This document shows positions 1-8,290 of a stretch of 38,861 nucleotides of DNA, in pieces. Location of the stretch: positions 2,175 through 41,035 of the forward strand of contig DGEY01000040.1 in the NCBI GenBank assembly GCA_002391385.1, in the 5' to 3' direction. The translations under genes and the position numbers were made by a program. The notes under the pieces were generated by a model. The model saw only the letters and a list, made by a program, of their open reading frames with translations. It ran no database searches and was not told the origin of the DNA. This DNA comes from Firmicutes bacterium UBA3914 (lineage in GTDB: Bacteria; Bacillota; Limnochordia; Darwinibacteriales; Darwinibacteriaceae). Within the stretch, counting starts at the first letter, position 1; each line of letters starts with the position of its first letter.

Positions 1-652
1 CATCCTCCTCGATGGGCATGTACTCTCCCGGCCGCTTTTCCTCCACGATGGCATAGCGCCAGCGGCAGCTCTGGGCGCACTCACCCCGGTTGGCATCCCG
101 GCCGGTGAGGACGTTGCTCAACAGACAGCGGCCCGAGTAAGCCACACACATGGCGCCGTGCACAAAGACCTCAAGCTCACAACCGGTTTCCCGGCGGATG
201 CGGGCAATTTCCTCCCTGCTCAGCTCCCTAGCCAAAACGAGGCGGGTTACACCCAGCTCGGCCCAAAACTTGGCGGCCTGGTAGTTCACGGTGTTGGCCT
301 GGGTGCTCAAATGCAGGGGAAGTCCCGGCGCATACTGGCGCGCCAAGGCCAAAACGCCCACATCAGCGATGATCAAGGCATCCACCTGCAGTTCCGCCAG
401 CTCCTCCAAGTAGGCGGGGAGCTGGTCCATTTCCTCGTTGCGGGGGTAGGTGTTCACCGTAACGTAGACCTTTACTCCCCGCTCCCGGGCCAGGGCCAGA
501 ACCTCCTTTAGCTCCTCCGGGCTGAAGTTGCCGGCCTTGGCCCTCATCCCAAAGCCCTTGCCTGCCAGATAGATGGCATCCGCTCCGTATTCCATGGCCA
601 CTACGGCCTTTTCCATATTCCCCGCCGGAGCAAGTAGTTCCGGAAGTTTCAC
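1..652 (-). CDS. U32 family peptidase-like protein (TrhP/YrrO-type tRNA hydroxylation protein), 3'-truncated by the window edge
   Basis: Not in the ORF track; translated by hand from GTG at 652 (RBS AGGAGG): MKLPELLAPAGNMEKAVVAMEYGADAIYLAG...LHLSTQAN...LARELS...EVFVHGAMCVAYSGRCLLS...NRGECAQSCRW. These are U32 motifs, and the position after mltG is typical. Confidence 0.92.
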   Translation of the reverse strand, partial: MKLPELLAPAGNMEKAVVAMEYGADAIYLAGKGFGMRAKAGNFSPEELKEVLALARERGVKVYVTVNTYPRNEEMDQLPAYLEELAELQVDALIIADVGVLALARQYAPGLPLHLSTQANTVNYQAAKFWAELGVTRLVLARELSREEIARIRRETGCELEVFVHGAMCVAYSGRCLLSNVLTGRDANRGECAQSCRWRYAIVEEKRPGEYMPIEED

Positions 653-664
653 CGGCGTTCCCTC

Positions 665-1660
665 CTAATAACCGTACATCCTCCTGGCCCGCAGATGCTC
701 ATCGTACGTTCTCGTAAACTCATGGGTGCCATCGCGCCTGCTTACGAAGAAATAGTAATCGGTGTCGGCGGGCTGCAGCACCGCCAGCATGGACGCGAGG
801 CCCGGGCTGGCAATGGGCCCCGGCGGCAGGCCAGGATAGCGATAAGTGTTGTAGGGAGAATCGATCTCCAGATCCCGATAGAGCACCACCGGGCGATCCT
901 CTTCGGTCACGTAGCGCACGGTGGGATCCGCCTGGAGCGGCATGTCCACCGCCAAACGGTTCAGGTAGACCGAAGCCACAAGGGGCCGTTCCTCAGCCAC
1001 CATGATTTCCCGCTCCACAATGGAGGCCAGGGTAACCACTTCATGGAGGGAGAGGTGGCTTTCCTCCAGCAAAGGAAGTACTTCCTCCTCCACCACCTGC
1101 AAAAAGCGGGACACCATCTGCCCGATGATCTCCTCTTCCTTCTGCCCTTCCGAGAAGTAATAGGTATCGGGGAAGAGATAGCCCTCCAGGGAAGCTATGG
1201 GCAGATCGAATGGCAGCGCCTCCCCGAAGACCAGGTTGGCATTGAAGGCCAGCTCCATAAAGCGCTCCCTGTCCGCCAGGCCTTTCTCAGCCAGGAGCGC
1301 GGCAATCTGCTTGATCTCAAAACCTTCCGGGATCACCACCGGCACCAGCCGGACCCGTCCGGAGCGAATCTGTTCGATGATCTCCAAGGGCCGCATGTCC
1401 GCTCTGAGCAGGTAAGCTCCGGCTTGCAGCTCGTGCTGGGCACCTTCCAGCCTAACTAACAGCTCAAACAAGCTGGCGCTGGCGATGATCTCCTCCTGGG
1501 CTAGACGCTGCGCGATCTGCCTGGTGCCCATCCCCGGTTCAATGCGGACCACCTTGCCGGGGGCGTCCCCCTGGGAGTCTAGGGGCCTGTTGCTCACGAC
1601 AAAGAAAGCCGCCAGAGCAGCGCAGACCAGAACCATCAAAAAGAACAGAAAACGGACCAT
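665..1660 (-). CDS. mltG: Endolytic transglycosylase MltG (YceG family)
   Basis: N-terminal TM helix; motifs IPEGF, LEGYLFPDTY, LASIVERE, LQADPT, SPYNTY..GLPPGPIASPG. ATG 1660 preferred over ORF-track start 1705. Confidence 0.95.
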   Translation of the reverse strand: MVRFLFFLMVLVCAALAAFFVVSNRPLDSQGDAPGKVVRIEPGMGTRQIAQRLAQEEIIASASLFELLVRLEGAQHELQAGAYLLRADMRPLEIIEQIRSGRVRLVPVVIPEGFEIKQIAALLAEKGLADRERFMELAFNANLVFGEALPFDLPIASLEGYLFPDTYYFSEGQKEEEIIGQMVSRFLQVVEEEVLPLLEESHLSLHEVVTLASIVEREIMVAEERPLVASVYLNRLAVDMPLQADPTVRYVTEEDRPVVLYRDLEIDSPYNTYRYPGLPPGPIASPGLASMLAVLQPADTDYYFFVSRRDGTHEFTRTYDEHLRARRMYGY

Positions 1661-1749
1661 GCCGCCTTCGGTCCGTTTTGATGTTGCTTGCACAGAATCG
1701 GGCATAGAAGCACCCCCACGACACCACTAATCGGGCTGGGGCCTGAAGC

Positions 1750-2028
1750 CTATTCCTCCGACTCCAAAAAGGCCACTACCCGTTCGAACTCCTGGTCATC
1801 CTCGATTTCCATGAGAACCTCTTCACCGGCGTCATCGATTTCCAGCCTGTAGATGAGTCCGCCCTCTTCGGGATCGTCCAGGGGGAACAAAACCGCGTAG
1901 GCCTGCCCTTCAAACTCAAAATCATAGATGGCACACTCGTGCTCGTTGCCGTCCTCGTCTTCCAGCACAACGATATCGCTGAATTCGTGTTCGTGTTCGT
2001 GATCATCGTGGCCGTGTTTGTGCGCCAT
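1750..2028 (-). CDS. DUF1292 (YrzB-like) acidic protein with His-rich N-terminus
   Basis: IVVLEDEDGNEHEC...FEFEGQAYAVL...IEDDQEFERV; usual position between ruvX and mltG; RBS GGAAGGAG. Confidence 0.88.
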   Translation of the reverse strand: MAHKHGHDDHEHEHEFSDIVVLEDEDGNEHECAIYDFEFEGQAYAVLFPLDDPEEGGLIYRLEIDDAGEEVLMEIEDDQEFERVVAFLESEE

Positions 2029-2052
2029 AAGATCAACTCCTTCCTTTGAATG

Positions 2053-2469
2053 CTAGTTTGACCGCCTGCTATCCAAATATGCCTGTAAAATGACGGCGGC
2101 CGCCACCTTGTCGATCACTTTACGGCGCTTTGCTCGGCTCACATCTCCCTCTAAGAGGATCCGCTGGGCGGCCGCGGTAGAGAACCGTTCATCCCAATAT
2201 TCTACTGGGAGGGCAAATTCCCTCTCCAATTCCGCGGCAAATGCATATATTTTCTCCGCCTCCGGCCCGAAGCTTCCATCGGTTCTGCGGGGCAGGCCCA
2301 CCACGAATTTTTCCACATCGTACTCCTGCACAAAAGCCCGCAGGGCCGCAAAATCCTCCGCCAGACTCCTGCGCCGCACCACCGCCAGCCCCTGGGCCGT
2401 CCAACCCAGGGGATCGCTCACCGCCACCCCGATTGTTTTTTCCCCCACATCCAACCCCAGTACGCGCAT
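2053..2469 (-). CDS. ruvX: Holliday junction resolvase-like / pre-16S rRNA nuclease RuvX (YqgF/YrrK)
   Basis: LGLDVGEKTIGVAVSD, VVGLP, WDERFST, IDKVAAAVILQAYLD. Confidence 0.95.
   Translation of the reverse strand: MRVLGLDVGEKTIGVAVSDPLGWTAQGLAVVRRRSLAEDFAALRAFVQEYDVEKFVVGLPRRTDGSFGPEAEKIYAFAAELEREFALPVEYWDERFSTAAAQRILLEGDVSRAKRRKVIDKVAAAVILQAYLDSRRSN
2054..2082 (-). promoter_or_regulatory. Possible forespore sigma-G/sigma-F-type promoter for the DUF1292 gene, inside the ruvX 3' end
   Basis: Minus strand GCATA-N17-CAAACTA. Confidence 0.35.
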
Positions 2470-2481
2470 GGCCCCACTCCC

Positions 2482-3426
2482 CTAAATCACTTTGATGGCA
2501 AATTCGGGGCAGCTGGCCCCGCAGTACCCGCAGTACACGCACTCCTCAGGCATGGCCACAACAGCCCTGCCGTTGTGCAGCGCCAGGGAGCCGTTGGGAC
2601 AGGCGGAAACACAGGAGCCGCAGCCTGTACACCAGTACTCGATGTGCAGCCTTCGGGTGGCAGCTGCGGGGGCAGGCAGGTCCCGGCGGCCTTGGAAGAA
2701 GGCCACGTTGCTTTCCACCTCCGCCACGCTTTTCATGCCCACGGCGATGGAGTGAATCTCGTCTATCTGCAGCAGATAATCCAGGGAGGCTGCCCACTCG
2801 CCCAAAAGGTGTCCGCCGCCCAGGGGTTTCATGGCATAGATACCCTTGCCCTCCCGGGCAGCTTTCGCTATGGCCGCGAGCATATCTTCCCGGCCTCCCC
2901 CCTGGATACCGATACCCGTCCGGTTGATCAGGGGCGAGATCACATCGATTTCCGGGATGGCGGTGGCGGCCAGCACCGCCGGGACGTGATGGGTGGAAAT
3001 GCCCACCGCCTGCACGATCCCGGCCTCCTTCGCCTCCAGCAGTACTTCCAAGGCTGGCCAGTGTCCCCGCAGGGTATGGCTGGATTCCTGCTCGTGCAGG
3101 AGAAAGATGGGAACCACTTCCTGCCCCAAGCCCCTTTGGGCCCGCTCCAGACTGGCCAGCATCCCCTCCCGGGTATAGGCATAGCTCTTGGTGGCCACCA
3201 CCACCTGCCCACGGCCGGGAAAGCGTTCCAGCGCCAGGCGGATGTGGTCGTAGGTGTCGTAAATCTCCGCGGTGTCCACAAAATTGACGCCCAATTCCAA
3301 GGCCCTCAGCAGCACGGCACTGCCTTCCTCAGGCGAGAGATTGCGCTGGAGGGGGCCAATGGTCAGGGCGCCAAAGCAAAGCTGGGAAACCCGCAGGCCG
3401 GTTCGGCCCAGTTCTCGGTACCTCAA
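2482..3426 (-). CDS. Aldo/keto reductase with C-terminal 2x[4Fe-4S] ferredoxin domain
   Basis: YRELGRTGLRVSQLCFG, GVNFVDTAEIY, AMKPLGGG, plus CTGCGSCVSACP and CVYCGYCGASCP; likely TTG start at 3426. Confidence 0.9.
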   Translation of the reverse strand: MRYRELGRTGLRVSQLCFGALTIGPLQRNLSPEEGSAVLLRALELGVNFVDTAEIYDTYDHIRLALERFPGRGQVVVATKSYAYTREGMLASLERAQRGLGQEVVPIFLLHEQESSHTLRGHWPALEVLLEAKEAGIVQAVGISTHHVPAVLAATAIPEIDVISPLINRTGIGIQGGGREDMLAAIAKAAREGKGIYAMKPLGGGHLLGEWAASLDYLLQIDEIHSIAVGMKSVAEVESNVAFFQGRRDLPAPAAATRRLHIEYWCTGCGSCVSACPNGSLALHNGRAVVAMPEECVYCGYCGASCPEFAIKVI

Positions 3427-3437
3427 TCTCCATCTCC

Positions 3438-4283
3438 TCAACTTCGACGTCGAAACAGCACACCTAAGGTGTTGGGGCCGCAGTGATTGGTGATGGTGCA
3501 GCCCGCTTCGGTTATGATGATCTCTTCAAAGTAGTCCTTTTCCTCCAGAAGAGATTTGACAGCCTGCACCAGTTCATCGCTGCAGCGCACATGGGTGATG
3601 AACGCCCGGCAGGGATCCAAATTACCATCCTGCTCCAATCTGTCCTGGACATAGAGCTTGACCGCCTTTTCGAAGTTGCCCCGGTACTTGCGCCCCACAA
3701 TCATGGCGCCATCCCGCACTTCGATGCTGGGCTTCATGCGCAGGATCCTGGCGCCGTAGGCGGTGATGGAGGAACATCTACCTCCCCTGGCCAGATAATC
3801 CAATTGATCTATGATGAAGCTGGCGTCGATTCTGGGTACGAGCCGCTCCAACTCCGCGGCGATCTCTGCGGCGGACTTGCCCTGGGCGGCCAAGAGAGCC
3901 GCTTCGTAAACCAGGTGCCCACTGCCGGTGGAAAGATTCTGGGAATCCACCACTTTCACCCCGGGAAAGTCCTGGGAAGCTAATAATGCGTTATTATAAC
4001 AGGAAGAAAAACCCGAACCTAAGCTGATGTGAACCACTTCATCTCCTTGGGCAGTCAGCTCTTGAAAATGCTTCTGGTACTCATACACGTTCACTGCCCC
4101 GGTCTGGCAGTGCCTGCCCGCCTCCACATGGGCAATCAGTTCGGCGGGGGTAAGGTCAACGCCGTCTTTGAAAACCTGATCATCCACGGTAATACTCAAG
4201 GGAATGATGACAATGCCGAATTTCTCCACTAGCTCCGGTGAAAGATCACACGTACTGTCCGCACTAATCCGCACCAACACCAT
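3438..4283 (-). CDS. DegV family fatty-acid-binding protein (FakB-like)
   Basis: ISADSTCDL, HISLGSGFSSCY, VVDSQNLSTG, LARGGR, HCGPNTLGV. Exact start uncertain (4274-4298). Confidence 0.92.
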   Translation of the reverse strand: MVLVRISADSTCDLSPELVEKFGIVIIPLSITVDDQVFKDGVDLTPAELIAHVEAGRHCQTGAVNVYEYQKHFQELTAQGDEVVHISLGSGFSSCYNNALLASQDFPGVKVVDSQNLSTGSGHLVYEAALLAAQGKSAAEIAAELERLVPRIDASFIIDQLDYLARGGRCSSITAYGARILRMKPSIEVRDGAMIVGRKYRGNFEKAVKLYVQDRLEQDGNLDPCRAFITHVRCSDELVQAVKSLLEEKDYFEEIIITEAGCTITNHCGPNTLGVLFRRRS

Positions 4284-4329
4284 ACACTCCTTTGCCATGT
4301 CAGGAAACAGCTGGCCTGGGGCAACCCCC

Positions 4330-4593
4330 TCAAGCCTTTTTCAGATAGTGCTTCACCAATTCCTCCAGGATCACATCCCTGTCCACCTGCGCGATGAGAG
4401 AACGGGCATTCTTGTGGCTGGTGATGAACGTTGGATCGCCCGACATCAAGTAGCCCACAATCTGACCGAAGGGGTTGTAACCCTTATCCCGCAGCGCTTC
4501 ATACACCTGCTGCAGGATAGCCCTGACTTCTGAACCATCCTCTTCCCAGGCTCTGTAGCTGAACAGCGCCGTCTTGTCGTGGGCATCATTCAT
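4330..4593 (-). CDS. ireB: IreB/ReoM (UPF0297) regulatory phosphoprotein
   Basis: [38 protein letters not shown]; directly downstream of alaS. Confidence 0.93.
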   Translation of the reverse strand: MNDAHDKTALFSYRAWEEDGSEVRAILQQVYEALRDKGYNPFGQIVGYLMSGDPTFITSHKNARSLIAQVDRDVILEELVKHYLKKA

Positions 4594-4628
4594 GGTATCC
4601 CTCCCCTGCACGGTTTTCTCTAATCCTT

Positions 4629-4653
4629 ATTCGGTACCTAGGAAGCAATTCCC
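4629..4653 (-). promoter_or_regulatory. Possible sigma-H-type promoter for ireB overlapping the alaS 3' end
   Basis: Minus strand GGGA-N17-GAAT (GAGGGAATT...ACCGAATA). Confidence 0.45.
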
Positions 4654-7286
4654 TCCAGAAGCTCCCGCAGGTGCCTGCGGCCCTCTTCCAAGGCCTCAGC
4701 CAACTTCTCAGGGAGGCGTCCACCAGCCTGCGCCATATCGGGTCTGCCTCCGCCTCCGCCTCCGCAGATCTGGGCAGCCTTTTTCACCACATCTCCCGCA
4801 TGTACGCCGGCCTTGGTCAAAGATTTGGACACCATGCTCAAAAACAGCACCTTGCCGCCGCTCTCGGCCCCCAGAAGGATCACCACCGGATCAAGGCGAT
4901 CCCGGATGCGATCGCCTAACTGCCGCAGTTCCTCGTGATCCTCCGCCTGCACCTGGGCCACCACCAGGGAGGCAGTGCCCACCTGTTCCGCAGAGGCCAG
5001 CAGCTCATCGAGGGAGCCCAACAGGCTTTGACGCTTCAGCTCGGCCAGTTCCTTCTCCAGGGCACGGTTGGCTTCCAGCAGGCGCTCCACCTGTTCAGGC
5101 AGCTGCTCCACTTTAGCCTGCAGTTTGCCTTGGAGCTCCCGCAGCACCTGCTCTTGACCGTGGATGTGGGCCAAGGCTTCGCTACCCGCCACCGCTTCGA
5201 TGCGCCGTACTCCCGCAGCAACGCTGCCCTCAGAGAGGATCTTGAACAGGCCGATCTCCCCAGTTGCCCGCACGTGGGTACCTCCGCAGAGTTCCAGGGA
5301 ATAATCCCCCACCTGCACGACCCGCACCTCATCCCCGTACTTCTCGCCAAACAGCGCCACCGCGCCCCTGGCCTTGGCGCTCTCCAAGTCGGTGATGGTG
5401 GGCGCCACCGGCAGGTTGCGCAGAATCTGGCGGTTCACTTCCTCCTCAATTCGCTTGAGCTCTTCGCCGCTGAGGGCCTGGAAGTGGGTGAAGTCGAAGC
5501 GCAGCCGCTTCGGTCCCACATAGGAGCCTGCCTGGTTCACGTGATCGCCCAAAACGTCCTTGAGGGCTTTATGCAGCAGGTGGGTGGCGGTATGGTGGCG
5601 GGCCGTCTCCAGCCTCTGATCCACGGCCACCACTGCCTTGGCGGGGCTGGCTGCGGCCACATAGCCCTTTTCCACCACCCCCAGGTGGCTGACCAGCCCT
5701 TCCACGGGTTTTTGCACATCGGTGATGCGCACCACACCCGTTGCGGTTTCGATGGAACCCTGATCTCCGACCTGTCCGCCGCTTTCGGCGTAGAAGGGCG
5801 TGCGGTCCAGGATCAAGGCCACCTGGTCCCCCTCCTTGGCGCTGTCCACGCTGTGGCCATCCACCAAGATCCCCATGATTTTGGCGTCCGCGGCTAGGCA
5901 GTCATAGCCCACAAACTCCGTGGTCACGACCCCCGCCAGTTCTTTGTAGGCTTCCAGGCTGCTGTCCAGGTAGCCGTGGGCCGTGCGGGACTTTCTGGCC
6001 CGCTCCCGCTGGGCTTCCATGGCCCGGCGGAAGCCCGCCTCGTCCACCTGCAGGCCGTCCTGGGCTAGAATCTCCCGGGTGAGATCAAGGGGAAAGCCGA
6101 AGGTATCGTACAGCTGGAAGACATCTTCACCGGCGATCTGATCTTGGCCAGAGGATTTGGCCTTGTCCACCAGTTCCTGCAGGAGCCTGAGGCCCTGCTC
6201 CAACGTGGCGCCGAAGCGCTCTTCCTCCAGGCGGATTACGTTCTTCACGTACTCCTGGCGCTCCACAAGCTCGGGGTAGGCCCCCTTCATCTGGTCCACA
6301 ACCCAGTCCACAACCTGCTCCACAAAGGGACCTTCAATGTGGAGGAGGCGCGCATGCCGCACAGCCCGCCGCAGCAGACGGCGCAGCACATAACCCCTGC
6401 CCTCATTGCTGGGCAGCACCCCATCGGCCACCAAGAAGGTCACCGCGCGCAGATGATCTACGATCACCCGCAGGGACATATCACTCTGGGGGCTCGCACC
6501 GTAGGCCACGCCAGCCAGTTCACCCACGGCGTCCACGATGGGACGGATGTTGTCCACCTCGAAAATGCTGTTCTTGCCCTGGAGCAGAGCAGCAACCCGC
6601 TCCAGGCCCATACCTGTATCAATGCTCTTCGCCTCGAGGGGTATATACTCGTCGCCTTCTTGATGGAATTGAATGAAAACCAGATTCCAAAACTCCAAGA
6701 AACGCTCGCAATCACAGCCGGGCCGGCAGTCCGGCTGACCGCAGCCAAACTCGGGCCCCCGATCCAGGTAAATCTCGGAGCACGGCCCGCAGGGGCCTGA
6801 ACCTGTTTCCCAGAAGTTGTCCTCTTTGCCCAGGCGCACAATGCGCTCCGCGGGCAGGCCCACATCTTTGTGCCAGATCTCAAAGGCCTCGTCATCATCC
6901 AAATAGATAGAAACCCAGAGCCGTTCGGGAGGCAGCTGCAGATGCTCCACAACAAACTCCCAGGCCCAGGGAATCACCTCTTTTTTGAAATAGTCGCCGA
7001 AGGAGAAGTTCCCCAGCATTTCAAAGAAGGTGGCATGGCGGTCTGTCTTCCCCACACTGTCGATATCGCCTGTGCGGATACACTTCTGGCTGGTGGCAAT
7101 GCGCGGCGCCACCGGCTTTTCCAAACCAAGGAAATAGCGCTTGAAGGGTACCATCCCCGCCACCGTGAGCAGCAGGGTGGGATCGCCGTGGGGAATCAAG
7201 GAAGCACTTGGCAGGATGCGGTGATCTTTACTCCGGAAAAACTCCAGGAACATGGTGCGGATCTGATCTACTGTATAGCTCTTCAT
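4638..7286 (-). CDS. alaS: Alanine--tRNA ligase
   Basis: AGMVPFK, RHATFFEMLGNFSFGDYFK, IDTGMGLER, HTATHLLH, ELCGGTH, GGGGGGRPDMAQAGG. ATG 7286 (MKSYTV). Confidence 0.98.
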   Translation of the reverse strand: MKSYTVDQIRTMFLEFFRSKDHRILPSASLIPHGDPTLLLTVAGMVPFKRYFLGLEKPVAPRIATSQKCIRTGDIDSVGKTDRHATFFEMLGNFSFGDYFKKEVIPWAWEFVVEHLQLPPERLWVSIYLDDDEAFEIWHKDVGLPAERIVRLGKEDNFWETGSGPCGPCSEIYLDRGPEFGCGQPDCRPGCDCERFLEFWNLVFIQFHQEGDEYIPLEAKSIDTGMGLERVAALLQGKNSIFEVDNIRPIVDAVGELAGVAYGASPQSDMSLRVIVDHLRAVTFLVADGVLPSNEGRGYVLRRLLRRAVRHARLLHIEGPFVEQVVDWVVDQMKGAYPELVERQEYVKNVIRLEEERFGATLEQGLRLLQELVDKAKSSGQDQIAGEDVFQLYDTFGFPLDLTREILAQDGLQVDEAGFRRAMEAQRERARKSRTAHGYLDSSLEAYKELAGVVTTEFVGYDCLAADAKIMGILVDGHSVDSAKEGDQVALILDRTPFYAESGGQVGDQGSIETATGVVRITDVQKPVEGLVSHLGVVEKGYVAAASPAKAVVAVDQRLETARHHTATHLLHKALKDVLGDHVNQAGSYVGPKRLRFDFTHFQALSGEELKRIEEEVNRQILRNLPVAPTITDLESAKARGAVALFGEKYGDEVRVVQVGDYSLELCGGTHVRATGEIGLFKILSEGSVAAGVRRIEAVAGSEALAHIHGQEQVLRELQGKLQAKVEQLPEQVERLLEANRALEKELAELKRQSLLGSLDELLASAEQVGTASLVVAQVQAEDHEELRQLGDRIRDRLDPVVILLGAESGGKVLFLSMVSKSLTKAGVHAGDVVKKAAQICGGGGGGRPDMAQAGGRLPEKLAEALEEGRRHLRELLEGIAS

Positions 7287-7349
7287 AGTGTGCCGCAAGA
7301 AGCGGTTCCCCCCATTCTTAAGCAAAAACGGACTGTCTCGCTAACAACA

Positions 7350-7378
7350 ATATTATCCAAGTGAGTTTCCCTTGTCAA
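7350..7378 (-). promoter_or_regulatory. sigma-A promoter of alaS
   Basis: Minus strand TTGACA-N17-TAATAT, about 60 nt upstream of the alaS start. Confidence 0.75.
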
Positions 7379-7557
7379 CTTAGAAGCTGGCCAAGAAGGG
7401 CCACCGGCAAAGCCTTTCCCCTGGCTGCTGCCGCCTGCGGAGCAATCCTCAAAGGCCAAGCTGCTTCCCCTCTTCCGCACCCAGCGTCCCAAGACCCAAA
7501 AACCAGGGAATCGAGAACGCTTTTCGCTTTTTCCTATGCCAGCTGCCGGCCTTATTT

Positions 7558-7565
7558 CATAACAT
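7558..7565 (+). promoter_or_regulatory. Possible mother-cell (sigma-K/sigma-E) -10 element for the TasA-like operon
   Basis: CATAACAT (CATAnnnT) about 16 nt before the RBS AAGGAGGTG; the -35 match is poor. Confidence 0.3.
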
Positions 7566-7596
7566 GGTCCAAGTTGGAGGGAAGGAGGTGAAATGG

Positions 7597-8058
7597 ATGC
7601 CCTTTACTGTTCAACAGCTCAATGATGACAACACCGTAGGTATTGCCCAACTCACCCTGGGAATCAACCCAGCCGCGGCAATCTTTACCGAGACAGATTG
7701 GTCCGGGGGTTCCACTGCCACCGGCATCATCAACCTGGAGAACACCAGCGCACTGGATGTGAACTACTTCGTCTCTGCCGACTGGTATGCTGCCGCTGGT
7801 GGCACTCCCCAGGATGCCCGCATTCTGGCGGAAAGGCTGGAGATCACGGTGACTGCTGACCCGGGTGGGGCCAATGAAGAGCTGTACAGCGGCTCCCTGG
7901 CGGGCTTGATCCAGCAGCCCCCAGCTGGACGCCTTCTGGCGGCGGCGGCCAATGAGGACGTGGAATTTGAACTCAGCCTGCCTGACGCCAATGCCACCGA
8001 TCTCATTCAGGGTATGGCCATCGAGTTTGACCTGGTGTTTGTGGCGGTTGAGGTTTAG
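7597..8058 (+). CDS. TasA/CalY (camelysin)-like beta-sandwich protein lacking a signal peptide, 153 aa
   Basis: RBS AAGGAGGTG at 7582-7590. Sequence FT....N..NTV....LTL.INP...IF.....GG......INLENTSALDVNY...LEITV...LYSGSL...L.A.....VEFELSLP..A....QG.....DLVFVA follows the TasA/CalY pattern. Very acidic, no hydrophobic N-terminus. Confidence 0.75.
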   Translation: MPFTVQQLNDDNTVGIAQLTLGINPAAAIFTETDWSGGSTATGIINLENTSALDVNYFVSADWYAAAGGTPQDARILAERLEITVTADPGGANEELYSGSLAGLIQQPPAGRLLAAAANEDVEFELSLPDANATDLIQGMAIEFDLVFVAVEV

Positions 8059-8073
8059 TGCCTGAGAACAGCG

Positions 8074-8103
8074 GAAGGTGGTCAACATCTTGCGACCACC
8101 TTC
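8074..8103 (+). terminator. Intergenic stem-loop (attenuator or mRNA stabiliser) after the TasA-like gene
   Basis: Perfect 10-bp inverted repeat GAAGGTGGTC-N10-GACCACCTTC with no strong U-tract. Confidence 0.65.
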
Positions 8104-8127
8104 ACTCCCTAGAAAGGATGCTGAGAT

Positions 8128-8277
8128 GTGTTTACGGCCATTGCGACCAATGCTGGTAACACCGTGCGCATCGGGCAGGTTCAGCCCGCTGAACCAGATG
8201 CCCCGTTTCTCCTGGCCGTCGTCCTGATTCTGCTGTTCATCCTGGCCGTCATCCTCCTGCCTCAACTAGTGTTATGA
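8128..8277 (+). CDS. 49-aa small protein: TasA-type donor-strand motif, linker and C-terminal TM helix
   Basis: Not in the ORF track. RBS AGAAAGGA, GTG start, GC-rich third positions: MFTAIATNAGNTVRIGQVQPAEPDAPFLLAVVLILLFILAVILLPQLVL*. Confidence 0.75.
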   Translation: MFTAIATNAGNTVRIGQVQPAEPDAPFLLAVVLILLFILAVILLPQLVL

Positions 8278-8290
8278 AAGGAGCGGTTCA

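Noticed and set aside
3980-4000. AT-rich TGnTATAAT inside degV
   Set aside because: Explained by the conserved coding sequence SCYNNA; no -35 element and far from any start.
7380-7550. Possible T-box or other ncRNA upstream of alaS
   Set aside because: No T-box consensus or terminator, and the alaS promoter lies downstream of this stretch; only weak short hairpins.
8118-8159. 13-aa Cys-rich mini-ORF MLRCVYGHCDQCW (possible RiPP precursor)
   Set aside because: Its ATG overlaps the SD of the 49-aa gene, there is no modifying enzyme nearby, and it is an alternative frame of a better-supported ORF.
7552-8265. 237-aa minus-strand ORF over the TasA-like locus
   Set aside because: Antisense shadow with no RBS or motifs; the plus-strand genes have RBSs and coherent products.
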